From IMG/VR virus record IMGVR_UViG_3300033804_000036: a DNA stretch of 64,000 nucleotides; one strand, 5' to 3'. Positions 53,757-63,715 of this stretch are shown in pieces (within the stretch, counting starts at the first letter, position 1; each line of letters begins with the position of its first letter). This DNA comes from a virus. Taxonomy: Duplodnaviria > Heunggongvirae > Uroviricota > Caudoviricetes. Both the position numbers and the translations under genes were made by a program. The notes under the pieces are model-generated. The model was not told the DNA's origin, ran no database searches, and saw only the letters and a program-made list of their open reading frames with translations.

Positions 53757-54251
53757 ATGCAAGTTGATGTTAACCTCATCATTTCAATCATAGGTGCCCT
53801 TGTCGGGGTAGGCGGCTTCTTATTGGCATACGTCAAATATATTCGGGGCCAAGAAAATAGGATATCGTGTTTAGAAACAAGAAGCCAGGACATCGGCAAA
53901 GACATGGCTGATGTTAAAGGAAAACTTGATTCAATTTTGAAAAGTGAGGAGGATAAGGGAGAAAGGATAAAAGCTCTTGAAACAAAAATGGAGTTGTGGT
54001 GGACGGCTGTGCAGGCAACTGCTATTAAAATGCTGAAACATCCGACTGCACGTCGAAGAGACGAACTGTTGGACAAGTTGGACAGCAAACAGATAACGAT
54101 GGCGGAGATGGAGAAACTGAAAGATCTGTTGAGATGTGACGTGACAAGCAAGAAGAAAGACTCGATTTACGCCGCCATGGTTGTTGCTCGTCTGGACATG
54201 CTGCTCTACGACATGAAAAAAACTGCGGGTTTATCGGGAAATAATCAGTAG
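53757..54251 (+). CDS. Membrane-anchored coiled-coil protein
   Basis: N-terminal TM IISIIGALVGVGGFLLAYV, then heptad-rich. Confidence 0.5.
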   Translation: MQVDVNLIISIIGALVGVGGFLLAYVKYIRGQENRISCLETRSQDIGKDMADVKGKLDSILKSEEDKGERIKALETKMELWWTAVQATAIKMLKHPTARRRDELLDKLDSKQITMAEMEKLKDLLRCDVTSKKKDSIYAAMVVARLDMLLYDMKKTAGLSGNNQ

Positions 54252-55007
54252 AAGGGCAGCGCCGAGGCCGATAGGTATCAGTGTTCCTAAATTCAGTGTA
54301 GGAGGCGGCTCCTGGTAAATGCCTGTTGGCGTAATCACCATGAAGTTGTCGCGGTCGTTTGCAAGCTGTGTTAGAATAGAGTCTGCCATCGAATCTTCCT
54401 GTCCTAGCCAGTAGTTCCACCAGTAATTGTAGCGGTCGATAGTGTCCTGGTAGATTTGCTGCGGAGTCTTGCCCAGAATAGTCGAGTAACCAGTAGCTAA
54501 GCCAGCGTCAAAGAAGGCTTTCGCGTAGGGGTCGTTGAACGTGCATTTTTCGTCAGCCGGCGGATCGTCTGAAGACGGCGGGTTCACGTAGTCAGGATGA
54601 TAATTGAAAGTCCAGTCGGCAGCGTAACCGAAGTAGACTGGACAGGTTTTAGCAACCATGTCAGGCCCAAGGGTTGTAGCCGTGTGACAGGCCCACAGGT
54701 AGCTCGGAATTCCAGACGCAAGGTCGTCGTTTACTCCTGCCTGCAAAAGTATTTCCATGTCCATGCCAGTGAAAACTGTTTCGTTTCCATGTCCCATGCC
54801 GATGAAAAGACTTGGCTTCTTCTCGATTTCAGCCGTGAAAGTTGTTTCTCGCGCTGGCAAAGTGAGATCGTCATTGTAAAGTTCTGTGACATTGTACCCG
54901 TTGTCTTTCGCATATTGAACAAGCTTGGTTCCGAAGGTAGAAAGGTAAGTGCTGGCCGTGTCGAATTCTCCGGCTCTGGAGATGAGCGCTGTTTTAGGCG
55001 TAGCCAT
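54231..55007 (-). CDS. Secreted/surface protein with a C-terminal TM anchor (sorting-signal-like)
   Basis: Ends LGTLIPIGLGAALLLIISR. Contains GHGN and WACH, a possible His/Cys dyad. Confidence 0.45.
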   Translation of the reverse strand: MATPKTALISRAGEFDTASTYLSTFGTKLVQYAKDNGYNVTELYNDDLTLPARETTFTAEIEKKPSLFIGMGHGNETVFTGMDMEILLQAGVNDDLASGIPSYLWACHTATTLGPDMVAKTCPVYFGYAADWTFNYHPDYVNPPSSDDPPADEKCTFNDPYAKAFFDAGLATGYSTILGKTPQQIYQDTIDRYNYWWNYWLGQEDSMADSILTQLANDRDNFMVITPTGIYQEPPPTLNLGTLIPIGLGAALLLIISR

Positions 55008-55301
55008 TTATCCGCCAGCCGAACCGGTTACTGTTGGGTGAAGCTGAGATATTTTGCGGATTTCCATCGCTATCAGTTTTTTGCCTATGTCCGTGAGAGC
55101 TTGGATTTCTCTGATTTGGTCTGCGTAGCTTAACGCTATTTCTTCCATAGTGTCCGGGTCTTGCATGTGCAGCAGGATGTTGTTTAACTGTTCAGACGTC
55201 ATGGTGGCAGCGTTGGCCTGCATTCGTTTAAGCACTAGAGTCTGAAGTTTAGTCCAGTCGACAGAGTCACTGATGTCGCTGACTGTAGGTGCGCTTGCCA
55301 T
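55008..55301 (-). CDS. Hypothetical protein, 97 aa
   Basis: ORF abutting the next gene. Confidence 0.4.
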   Translation of the reverse strand: MASAPTVSDISDSVDWTKLQTLVLKRMQANAATMTSEQLNNILLHMQDPDTMEEIALSYADQIREIQALTDIGKKLIAMEIRKISQLHPTVTGSAGG

Positions 55302-55341
55302 TTAGCTCTCCAATAGAATCATTGGTGAAGAGAGTTTAAAA

Positions 55342-55581
55342 CTATTTTGGAGGCACAAGCATGTCAACGATTTGTTTGCCTAAAGCCGAGTTGTTTGTGA
55401 CTTCTCTGATAGCATCGTTGTAACTGAGAAGATCAGTTCCTGAAGGATGCGGTATAGTTGGCAGAGTGCGCAGGTGCTCAGACATGCTTTGAGATTTAGT
55501 TCTTAGAAGCTGAAGGGCAGTATCACGCCGTTGCGAATCTGTTTGAGAACTCATTTTAATCTCCAGTACAGATTGTACCAA
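55342..55581 (-). CDS. Hypothetical protein, 79 aa
   Basis: ORF. Confidence 0.35.
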   Translation of the reverse strand: MVQSVLEIKMSSQTDSQRRDTALQLLRTKSQSMSEHLRTLPTIPHPSGTDLLSYNDAIREVTNNSALGKQIVDMLVPPK

Positions 55582-55647
55582 TCACCTTTTTAAGTTTTTA
55601 CAGCAAAGAAACCTATTGGAGAATCAACGGCGCAGTTGGATGGTTAA

Positions 55648-57996
55648 ATGAGTTCAGCGTACACGATGCTGGAAGCATGCGACGACAATGGAGATGGCGG
55701 CAGTGACGACTCAACGAGTGGGAACAATTGGCTTTCACAGGTTTTCACAACTGGAGCCACAGCACAAATGGTTCGGGCAATCAGAGTGAAGCTTGCGAGG
55801 GGTGCAAGTACATCAGGTAACGTAACAGCCAGCATCCGAGCAACCTCAGGCGGAAAACCAACGGGTTCGGACCTGAACAGCATAACTGGAACTATCCCCA
55901 TCTCGAGTTTATCAACTTCTGCCGCATGGTATTTCATCTATTTCAGTTCGGGAGAATCGCTTTCAGCCAGCACTGCATACGCAGCGGTGTTAAGGGCCGA
56001 CAACATAACCTACTGGTATGACGATGCCTCCAGTTCATATTCAGGCGGAAGCATGTGTTACAGTTCAGACGGTGGAAGCAGTTGGACAAACTCTGGTTTT
56101 CCAACTCAGTTTGAGATTTGGGGAGATCCTCTCGTCATCGCAGAAAGAGCCAGCGTCACCGACAGCTTGCTGAAAAGAAGAGCTTGGGTTCAGCAGTTAG
56201 CGGAAACAATGAAGGCATACGACAATCTTACAATGTACAAGGGCTACCTCTTCAAGTTAAAAGAAACGCTTGCATTCGTCGACTCAGAAACCACATGGAA
56301 AGCACTACAGAAAACATTGACGGAAACACTACGATTCATCGACTCGGAAACTGCACAGAAAGCACTACAGAAAACATTGACGGAAACACTACGATTCATC
56401 GACTCGGAAACTGCACAGAAAGCACTACAGAAAACATTGACGGAAACACTGCCAGTCATCGATAGTTTATCAGCTTCTAGGATAATGTCCAGATCACTGA
56501 ACGAAACGCTGGCGTTCTACGACGCTGAAACAACGTCGAAGGCGACGCAAAAAACACTGACGGAAAATCTGCAATTTATTGATTCTCTAGTTGCTTCCAG
56601 GATTATGTCTCGATCGTTGATTGAAACACTAGGATTCGTCGATTTACTGTCAGCGTCAAAAGCCATACAAAAATCCTTTGTAGAGACGGAAATGCTGGCG
56701 GTTGTCGACAACTTGGTAGCCTCAAGATCAATGACTAGATCACTGAGCGAAACGCTGGCGATGATCGACGGTCTAACTCCGTCAAAGGCAGCGCAGAAAA
56801 CACTGACAGAGACATTGCAACTTGTTGATGTGCTAGCAACATCGAAGGCGGCACAGAGAATGCTGATTGAGACGTTGCAGATCATCGATTTGTCGTCGCC
56901 TGCAAAAGCATTGCAGAGAACGTTGGCGGAAACCACAACCTTCATCGACTCTTTGAGCCTATCAAAGGCTCAACAAAAACTGCTTGCGGAGATCATGTCG
57001 TTTGTCGATGTAGAATCTGCTTCAAAAGCACAACAGAAAACATTAGCGGAAACGCTTCACATCATCGATAGTTTATCAGCTTCTAGGATAATGTCCAGAT
57101 CACTGAACGAAACGCTGGCGTTCTACGACGCTGAAACAACGTCGAAGGCCGCTCAGAAAACTCTAACCGAAACACTGGCATTCATCGATAACTTAGCGTC
57201 CTCAAGGATAATGAGCCGATCATTGAGCGAGACGCTGGCGTTCTACGACGCTGAGACAACATCGAAGGCGGCGCAAAAAACACTGACGGAAACACTTCTT
57301 TTAATTGACAGCTCGGTAACGTCGAAAGCACTGCAAAAAACACTATCGGAAATGCTTGTGCTTTACGATATATTCTCAGCAAGTCGCGCCTTAAGAAATC
57401 TAGTGGTGCTGATCGAAACACTACCGTTTGTTGATACTCTGACTCTGATGAAAGCGACACAGAAAACACTGACAGAGACAGTTGTGCTCTACGACATAGG
57501 AATAACGTCGAAGGCGATACAGAGAATGCTAGCCGAGATGTTGCAACCCCAAGATGTGCTGTCACAACTCAGAGCCATGCAGAGACTGCTGACAGAAACA
57601 CTGCAAATTACCGACATCTTGTCACCCGCGAAAGCGTTGCAGAAGACTTTGACGGAGACACTGCCAGTTTATGATGCCCTGATACAAAGCAAAGCACTTC
57701 AAAAAACGTTAACGGAAACATTCCAGATATATGACGCTCTTCTGAAAGGACTGCCGAAGACTATAACGATACTACTTGCGGAGAGTCTGCCATTTTATGA
57801 TTCGCTGTTTATACCCCATTACGGCATCGTCATATCAGTTCTTCTGAAAGAAGCTCTGACCATCGCTGACATGTACAGCGCTATTTATTACGAAGGATGC
57901 TTAGACTATAATTACATGGTGAGCGTTTTCAACATGCTTAGTCAGTTGGCAGGCGGAAAATCCATCGCAAGAGAACTGGAGCGGAGAGATCCTTGA
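55648..57996 (+). CDS. Large repeat protein (782 aa) with ~35 imperfect 20-aa repeats (fiber/surface-like)
   Basis: Repeats TLxETLxFxDxLxxSKAxQK. The N-terminal 200 aa are non-repetitive and Ser/Gly-rich. Confidence 0.6.
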   Translation: MSSAYTMLEACDDNGDGGSDDSTSGNNWLSQVFTTGATAQMVRAIRVKLARGASTSGNVTASIRATSGGKPTGSDLNSITGTIPISSLSTSAAWYFIYFSSGESLSASTAYAAVLRADNITYWYDDASSSYSGGSMCYSSDGGSSWTNSGFPTQFEIWGDPLVIAERASVTDSLLKRRAWVQQLAETMKAYDNLTMYKGYLFKLKETLAFVDSETTWKALQKTLTETLRFIDSETAQKALQKTLTETLRFIDSETAQKALQKTLTETLPVIDSLSASRIMSRSLNETLAFYDAETTSKATQKTLTENLQFIDSLVASRIMSRSLIETLGFVDLLSASKAIQKSFVETEMLAVVDNLVASRSMTRSLSETLAMIDGLTPSKAAQKTLTETLQLVDVLATSKAAQRMLIETLQIIDLSSPAKALQRTLAETTTFIDSLSLSKAQQKLLAEIMSFVDVESASKAQQKTLAETLHIIDSLSASRIMSRSLNETLAFYDAETTSKAAQKTLTETLAFIDNLASSRIMSRSLSETLAFYDAETTSKAAQKTLTETLLLIDSSVTSKALQKTLSEMLVLYDIFSASRALRNLVVLIETLPFVDTLTLMKATQKTLTETVVLYDIGITSKAIQRMLAEMLQPQDVLSQLRAMQRLLTETLQITDILSPAKALQKTLTETLPVYDALIQSKALQKTLTETFQIYDALLKGLPKTITILLAESLPFYDSLFIPHYGIVISVLLKEALTIADMYSAIYYEGCLDYNYMVSVFNMLSQLAGGKSIARELERRDP
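56250..57800 (+). repeat. Imperfect 60-bp tandem repeat array inside the repeat-protein gene
   Basis: Recurrent acattgacggaaacactacgattcatcgactcggaaactgcacagaaagcactacagaaa units. Confidence 0.7.
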
Positions 57997-58117
57997 CGCG
58001 AACGACAAAATCCAATTTTGACCCAGTGGTCGCCAAATACAAGGCTACGTTAACTGGCAAGTCTATTGCAAAAGCTTTGGAGCAAAAGTTAAATGGATAA
58101 GGCTTGAAGCATAACAT

Positions 58118-59194
58118 ATGAAGAAAATCGTGCTAACTTGTTCTGATTTTGATTTTGAAAAATTAAAAAAGCAGAAAGCATCTGACGGGTTTGCAGCGGC
58201 AACATGGGAGAAATGGCTGCTTAGCAAAGGCTCTTCTGGTTTAGAATTGACTGAAACTGAGCAATGCCATATCGGAACAAAAACTATGCATACGTTGTGG
58301 TGGAAAAACATCGGACACAACCTTGCATATATCAGGCGGAAAGACACTAGAAGCTTACGGCAGCTTGCCAAAATCAAATCGGAAGGCCCAGCAGTTGTTG
58401 TCGGGGCTGGACCGAGTGTGTGGCAGCATAAGCATCTTGATGTGTTGAAAAACAGCGGTTATAGAGGAATTGTCGTCGCATGCGATAAAATGCTGAAACC
58501 TCTGCTGGAACATGGAATCGTCCCGAACTATGTTATGACGGTTGACGGGACAGAACTCATAATTCCCTTCTACAAGAACAAAGCGTTCAGAGAACATGTA
58601 AAAGACATAAAAGTGCTGTTGCATTTCACGGCAAACCCGAAGCTTGTAAGATATCTTTACCGGCTTAAAGCAGACATTTACTGGTTTATCATTCATACAG
58701 AAATGATCTTAACGCCGGAAGATGCGGCGATGCAGTCTGTCTGTATGACCATGACAAAACACAACCCAGATGGCTTGCAAACAATTGTTTCAGGCGGAAA
58801 CGTCGGCGTTGGAGCATGGGCATTCAGTTGGGTGGTATTGAAAGCGAACCCTGTTATTTTAATTGGATATGACATGGGATATCCTGAAGGAACAAACCTT
58901 CACACAACCTATTATTACAGCGCGTTAATGAATAAAACTCAGGAACAGATAGCTGACTCGACAGCGGCGTCGCTTACAGTAGCTACACAATACCAGAAAG
59001 AGTATAATCCTGCCTTCAAATGTTGGGCGTACACCGACGTTGTTTTTCGACAGTATAAAGCAATTTTCGGTTCGTTTCTTTCCCATTCACCGGCAAACGT
59101 TACTACCATCAACTGTACTGAAGGCGGGACCCTGCATCATCCCAGACTTCAACATGCAACACTGGCTGAAACACTAAAAAAATACAGGGTTTAG
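58118..59194 (+). CDS. DUF115 / MAF_flag10-like protein (nonulosonic-acid glycosylation accessory factor)
   Basis: AVVVGAGPSV ... GIVVACDKMLKPLLEHGIVPNYVMTVD resembles DUF115/MptE-like. Confidence 0.5.
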   Translation: MKKIVLTCSDFDFEKLKKQKASDGFAAATWEKWLLSKGSSGLELTETEQCHIGTKTMHTLWWKNIGHNLAYIRRKDTRSLRQLAKIKSEGPAVVVGAGPSVWQHKHLDVLKNSGYRGIVVACDKMLKPLLEHGIVPNYVMTVDGTELIIPFYKNKAFREHVKDIKVLLHFTANPKLVRYLYRLKADIYWFIIHTEMILTPEDAAMQSVCMTMTKHNPDGLQTIVSGGNVGVGAWAFSWVVLKANPVILIGYDMGYPEGTNLHTTYYYSALMNKTQEQIADSTAASLTVATQYQKEYNPAFKCWAYTDVVFRQYKAIFGSFLSHSPANVTTINCTEGGTLHHPRLQHATLAETLKKYRV

Positions 59195-59769
59195 CCTGAG
59201 GTGCACATGCAGAACGCCCAGACAATCGTCAATTTATCAGTAGAGGCTATACCAACCGGGGTGAATGTTGCCGCGGCAAACCATGAATTCCAGGCATCAC
59301 TGCAGCAGTAGGTTGCAACACTGTAAGTTGCCGCGTTGCCCACGGCTAATACGGCACCGCCGACACTTGACAATCCCGCCGTCAATCCAGTGAAGCTGAA
59401 AGTTGCGCAGAGATACCATGAGAAACTGCCTGTCGTCCCAGCTCCACCCATGTTAAGTCCTGCGGAAGCGTTGAAGGCGGAGAGTGCACCAAAGTATCCT
59501 GAGATAATCATGCAGCCTGCCGTGCAAAAAGCTGTTGCGTTTGTAGCGCTCGCACCCATTCCGGTGGTGCTGGACCAGATGTAGATGTACCTAGCTGATG
59601 GAAGTGCAGCCCCGTTCATCAACGCGCTTCCTATGCTGCTTAACTGGTAGGTAGAGATCACGTTGTGTCTGGTGCAAGTGTATTTAATGTTGCCGTCGCC
59701 GTCAACAATAGTTACGGTTACGTTGCCGTTTAAGCCTCGCAGATAACCTGATAATGGACCGACTGACAC
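59191..59769 (-). CDS. Gly/Ala/Ser/Thr-rich low-complexity protein (surface/structural?)
   Basis: 192-aa ORF convergent with the DUF115 gene. Confidence 0.3.
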   Translation of the reverse strand: MSVGPLSGYLRGLNGNVTVTIVDGDGNIKYTCTRHNVISTYQLSSIGSALMNGAALPSARYIYIWSSTTGMGASATNATAFCTAGCMIISGYFGALSAFNASAGLNMGGAGTTGSFSWYLCATFSFTGLTAGLSSVGGAVLAVGNAATYSVATYCCSDAWNSWFAAATFTPVGIASTDKLTIVWAFCMCTSG

Positions 59770-59817
59770 GTTGGTTCTCCGAATACCCCTTTTGTGTTAG
59801 AAAGGTTATAAAGTTTT

Positions 59818-60099
59818 TTATTCGTCGCTAGGAGCGCCGGGTGTTGGTTCAAGAGCAAGTATGAGTCTTTTTCCAGAATTCACTTCTAGCTGGGATACGT
59901 ATCGTTTTCCACATTTAGGATTGGTGCAACCAAAAATAACGGGTATGACTTCGGCACCGCAGCTTAAACAGTATTTAAGCGGTTGCACATCAGCCGCGAA
60001 CATTGGCGTGCTCTTCGAACTGTCATAGATCACTTTTCCGTTACGCACCAGTTTTACGTACACTCGCTCTCCGAGAGGAGGTACTCCTTGTTCTGCCAT
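59818..60099 (-). CDS. Zinc-ribbon protein, 93 aa
   Basis: CLSCGAE ... CTNPKCGK. Confidence 0.4.
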   Translation of the reverse strand: MAEQGVPPLGERVYVKLVRNGKVIYDSSKSTPMFAADVQPLKYCLSCGAEVIPVIFGCTNPKCGKRYVSQLEVNSGKRLILALEPTPGAPSDE

Positions 60100-60128
60100 T
60101 TCTATCAGTCATACTTCTGTCTTAAAGA

Positions 60129-60542
60129 TTATAAGGTTTTAGGCTTGGCAAGAAAACCGTCCGTCAATATCCCGTAAGTATGCGACCCGTCTTTCTGCGT
60201 TCCATCATTTGCAACATACGGCACATCGTTGTTCGTAACGTACCAGCGAATCCATCTTCGAGCAACAAGCGGCGGATTAAAAACGTACGGCTGGTTAATT
60301 TGGATTTCATATTGGTATTGACGAATGAACCCGTCGACGTTCAACTCTAGAATTGACCGAGTGGCAGGCGGGTTGCTGCCTTCAAACCAGTCACAAGCAA
60401 TCCTTTCAACAAACCCAGTGTAGCCGCCTGTTCCTTCTATAGCCATATCGAAAACTTTCTGCTGTAGCACACCAGAGCCGACAAGAGCATACGCGAAAGG
60501 ATCTGGAAATTGGATACGCTCAATTTCGGGCGTGACAGACAT
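60129..60542 (-). CDS. Hypothetical protein, 137 aa
   Basis: ORF. Confidence 0.4.
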   Translation of the reverse strand: MSVTPEIERIQFPDPFAYALVGSGVLQQKVFDMAIEGTGGYTGFVERIACDWFEGSNPPATRSILELNVDGFIRQYQYEIQINQPYVFNPPLVARRWIRWYVTNNDVPYVANDGTQKDGSHTYGILTDGFLAKPKTL

Positions 60543-60545
60543 ATT

Positions 60546-60761
60546 CTACCTCCGAGAATAGCCTGTATCATGTCTGAACCTAGACTCGTCACCCTCACTT
60601 ACTGTAGCAGAAGACGTTTGGCTCGCGTTAAGCTGAGCTTGCGCTTGGGCTTGAAGATTCATCTGTTTCATAACAACAGCCGCCGTTATTGATGATGCTA
60701 CACCTGCAACTACGGCCATAAGCAGCCACACTCGGATGTCGTCATGCCAGGCGCGGGCCAT
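60546..60761 (-). CDS. Small membrane protein
   Basis: TM helix. ATGA overlap. Confidence 0.35.
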   Translation of the reverse strand: MARAWHDDIRVWLLMAVVAGVASSITAAVVMKQMNLQAQAQAQLNASQTSSATVSEGDESRFRHDTGYSRR

Positions 60762-60768
60762 TTATCTT

Positions 60769-60984
60769 TCACTTCTTTGAGCTAAGCAGCGCGTACAGTC
60801 CGAGTAAGCCGACTACAGCCACGATGCCGATGACGATTAGACCGGTTGTGTTGATTTCTGGCAGTTGAAAAATCGGCTGCGATTGTGTGTACTGCTGCAC
60901 AGGCAGGGGTTGTTGAGGGGGAGCAGTTACTTCAGCACGCGTTCTAGTTTGAAAATAGTGTTCAGGAGTATCTCTGATTGCCAA
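60769..60984 (-). CDS. Small membrane protein
   Basis: C-terminal TM helix. Confidence 0.35.
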   Translation of the reverse strand: MAIRDTPEHYFQTRTRAEVTAPPQQPLPVQQYTQSQPIFQLPEINTTGLIVIGIVAVVGLLGLYALLSSKK

Positions 60985-61005
60985 GTGGGTTCTCCATGTA
61001 ACAGT

Positions 61006-61662
61006 TTATTCTGCAGGTTTTATAAAAGTTTGCTCGGTGCCGTTGGAAAGCAGTTTCCGAGTTTCCTGTGCGCCTATGCAGAACAGAGCATCAAGAATGG
61101 ACAGGTCCTTCTCGAACGGGCCGTCAGTCAACTGTTTATAGACTGGATGAACAAACACTTCACGAAGAGGTTCACCGTTCAGTTTATCCATTAAAACAGG
61201 AATCGCTCGCGAAACAGACCAGGATGTAAACTGGGTTTTCGTATAGAAAGGTTGCACGTGTTTGCCCATCAGTTCAGCAGCCCACATTGTTGTCTGCAGG
61301 TTTAACGGTTCGAGGAGAACATTGGGAGATTCAATGTAATATTTGATTTCGTCAAAATAGTCTCTGAAGAAAGGCGCTTTACTGTAGTCCAGTTCTATTG
61401 ACTTGAGAAAGTTCTTCCGCCAGTTTTGAAGGTTGTCAATCACCATTTCGCAGAGTGGTTTGTTGCAGGGTCTTTTCACGGCAACTGCTAACTGCTGAAT
61501 TCCCGATTCTGTTTTAACCCGGCATCTGCTCTGTCTGCTGCGGGGAAGGAAAATGGCGTGGTCAACTACAACCCATATGTTAGAGTGTAGAAGCCCGAAG
61601 AAAAAATCCATTGGAGGAAAGAATTCGGGCGCATGAAAAAACAGTATGTTACTTATGCCCAA
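61006..61662 (-). CDS. WbqC-like family protein
   Basis: PEFFPPMDFFFGLLHSNIWVVVDHAIFLPRSRQSRCRVK resembles WbqC. Confidence 0.5.
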   Translation of the reverse strand: MGISNILFFHAPEFFPPMDFFFGLLHSNIWVVVDHAIFLPRSRQSRCRVKTESGIQQLAVAVKRPCNKPLCEMVIDNLQNWRKNFLKSIELDYSKAPFFRDYFDEIKYYIESPNVLLEPLNLQTTMWAAELMGKHVQPFYTKTQFTSWSVSRAIPVLMDKLNGEPLREVFVHPVYKQLTDGPFEKDLSILDALFCIGAQETRKLLSNGTEQTFIKPAE

Positions 61663-62599
61663 GGGTCAGAGCCTTCCTGCGAAGGTTGTCATCCAACGGG
61701 ATGCTGTCCAAGATTGCAGCGATACGTTTTGAACCGCCGGTCACTGTTGCAGGAACATTCAAACCCTTGTTACGTGATCCTATCTGCACATGCTTCTGTT
61801 CATCGTCAATTGTCGGCAGTTCATAATAGAAACTGCTGCTGTTGCCAATGGCCCGTCGACAATTCTTCAGCAGACTGAAAAACTGTGGTCTAGGCAAATT
61901 GGCTGTAATCACCTTCACATACTGGCCAGAATATGATTTGCCCGGGTCTTCAGCTTCATATTCCATTTTTAATCGGTTGAGGTATTCGTCTATTATCTCG
62001 TGGTTCCTGTCTTTGTTGCCTGCAACCCAGACGACGAGAGGGGAAGTTTCAATAGTTTTCAATGTTTCTTCAAGGTCTTTCCTCGTGTTTTCCTCCGACA
62101 CAGGGTCAGGGTGCAGAACGACCAGGTCAAACGGTTCGTTAGGCGTGATAGAATCGTCTAGTACGATACCGTCAAACGCTGTGGAGCCGACGACAAAGAT
62201 TCTCCAGCATTCCTCTCCCAACGCCATAAGGTTCAACTTGTGTTCAGGCATATTGCAAAACATGATGTGGCTGAAACAGGAAATAACTCGCCGATTGATG
62301 TCGTCAGGATGGTTAGCCATGTTGTTGCCCGCGTGAAAATGACACACTACGTAACCCTGATGGAAAGCTCGGGCGGCCACATAGGTGATTTCAAACCTGT
62401 CGCACGGAACAACAACTATGTCAGGCTTGAAATAACGCAGGTAAGCGTCAAAGCCGCTGACAACCTCTGGAACAGCATCCGTAGCATCATAGAAAAACCA
62501 TTTAGCATCCACAGTTCCGAGACTTTTCAACTCAGCCATCACAGGCTCAAGCAAACCACGCTCAGCCCTATCAGACGACACAACAAGTATCTTTCTCAT
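61649..62599 (-). CDS. neuC: UDP-N-acetylglucosamine 2-epimerase (hydrolysing), NeuC-like
   Basis: KILVVSSDRAERGLLEPV ... VVCHFHAGNNM ... ISCFSHIMF. Confidence 0.6.
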   Translation of the reverse strand: MRKILVVSSDRAERGLLEPVMAELKSLGTVDAKWFFYDATDAVPEVVSGFDAYLRYFKPDIVVVPCDRFEITYVAARAFHQGYVVCHFHAGNNMANHPDDINRRVISCFSHIMFCNMPEHKLNLMALGEECWRIFVVGSTAFDGIVLDDSITPNEPFDLVVLHPDPVSEENTRKDLEETLKTIETSPLVVWVAGNKDRNHEIIDEYLNRLKMEYEAEDPGKSYSGQYVKVITANLPRPQFFSLLKNCRRAIGNSSSFYYELPTIDDEQKHVQIGSRNKGLNVPATVTGGSKRIAAILDSIPLDDNLRRKALTLGHK

Positions 62600-62883
62600 T
62601 CCTCTTTTGCTCCAATACCAACGTCGATGGTGGAGACAGCCGCTCTGAGAGCAAGTATTCCAGCACTGCCTACCTCGAAATGAAAAATCTTGTCGTACCT
62701 GCCATCCTTACGTTCCTTCCACCCACAGATAGCTAGACCTCTTCTCACTGGAGAACAAGACAACAACCCTTCACATTCATCAAAATAAATACGGAAAACT
62801 AGTCCACAGCCTTTAAGAATTTCATTGGCTGATGCTACAGTTTTTTTACAGATGGGAATAACCTTTTCTAGATTCTCACTCAT
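62596..62883 (-). CDS. Hypothetical protein, 95 aa
   Basis: ORF between neuC and neuB. Confidence 0.3.
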   Translation of the reverse strand: MSENLEKVIPICKKTVASANEILKGCGLVFRIYFDECEGLLSCSPVRRGLAICGWKERKDGRYDKIFHFEVGSAGILALRAAVSTIDVGIGAKEE

Positions 62884-62899
62884 GCCTAAGTTGGCTCTC

Positions 62900-63715
62900 C
62901 TAGATGCGCGTGCGCTGAATACGCTCTATGAGTCCCACTTGCTTAATAAAAGTTGCCAGTTCATCAAACGTAATTGACACGGCCGCGTCGATTGGCGGTG
63001 GTTCATCCTCGATTTTGCCTGTTTTGTCAATGGTAAATGATGCATTGATAGTGTGCGCGGGAGGAAATCGAACGTGTTTTTCCAAGTAAACTTCCTTATG
63101 AACATGGTTGATGGCGAAAGCCAAATCGAAAAGAGTGTGTGGAAAATGGCTGCTGAAACCTTTACAAACGCATGCCCGTTCAAGGTTGAAGTCTTCAGGT
63201 TCAGGCGGATACTTTGGAATGCAATACATCATGAAAACGCGGGCGTTGTACGCTAGCATCGGGTCTATCGGAAGTTTCTGGAGGCTTATCAGCACAGGTT
63301 TTCCCGTGTCCATCGCCTTGTCAATGAGAGGTTTGTTTTCATTGTCTTTGAATCGAATCTTGATAGCATCCGCATATTTGTTGGCGATGTTAACAGCTTC
63401 CAGATACATCGGCGTAAGTACAAACTTCAATCCAAGTCGAGAGGCATGCTCATGGAGGTCAGCCACATTCTGCTCGGTAAGAATCAATTTTTGTAGTCGA
63501 CTTCGCAGTGGAGATTCTTTAATAACATCTTCATTGAAAAGCTGAAACTTTACACCCCATGCCCCTGCTTCCTTAGAAGCGAAAATCATCTGCTGTGCAA
63601 CATCTAACGGGTAGTCTGGCTTTTCCCAGTTAACCCCAATCTCCGCCACTACATGGCAGGGCAAAGTTTCTCTACTTCCCTTGATCGCTGGACCCAGCGA
63701 TAATATGCGGGCCAA
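62900..63715 (-). CDS. neuB: N-acetylneuraminate (nonulosonic acid) synthase, NeuB-like
   Basis: VVAEIGVNWEKPDYPLDVAQQMIFASKEAGAWGVKFQLF. TTG start. Confidence 0.7.
   Translation of the reverse strand: MARILSLGPAIKGSRETLPCHVVAEIGVNWEKPDYPLDVAQQMIFASKEAGAWGVKFQLFNEDVIKESPLRSRLQKLILTEQNVADLHEHASRLGLKFVLTPMYLEAVNIANKYADAIKIRFKDNENKPLIDKAMDTGKPVLISLQKLPIDPMLAYNARVFMMYCIPKYPPEPEDFNLERACVCKGFSSHFPHTLFDLAFAINHVHKEVYLEKHVRFPPAHTINASFTIDKTGKIEDEPPPIDAAVSITFDELATFIKQVGLIERIQRTRI

Noticed and set aside
54231-55007. Calling 54231-55007 a caspase/gingipain-type peptidase from GHGN ... WACH
   Set aside because: Only a short His/Cys pattern matches. That is not enough without a profile search, so only the C-terminal anchor was reported.
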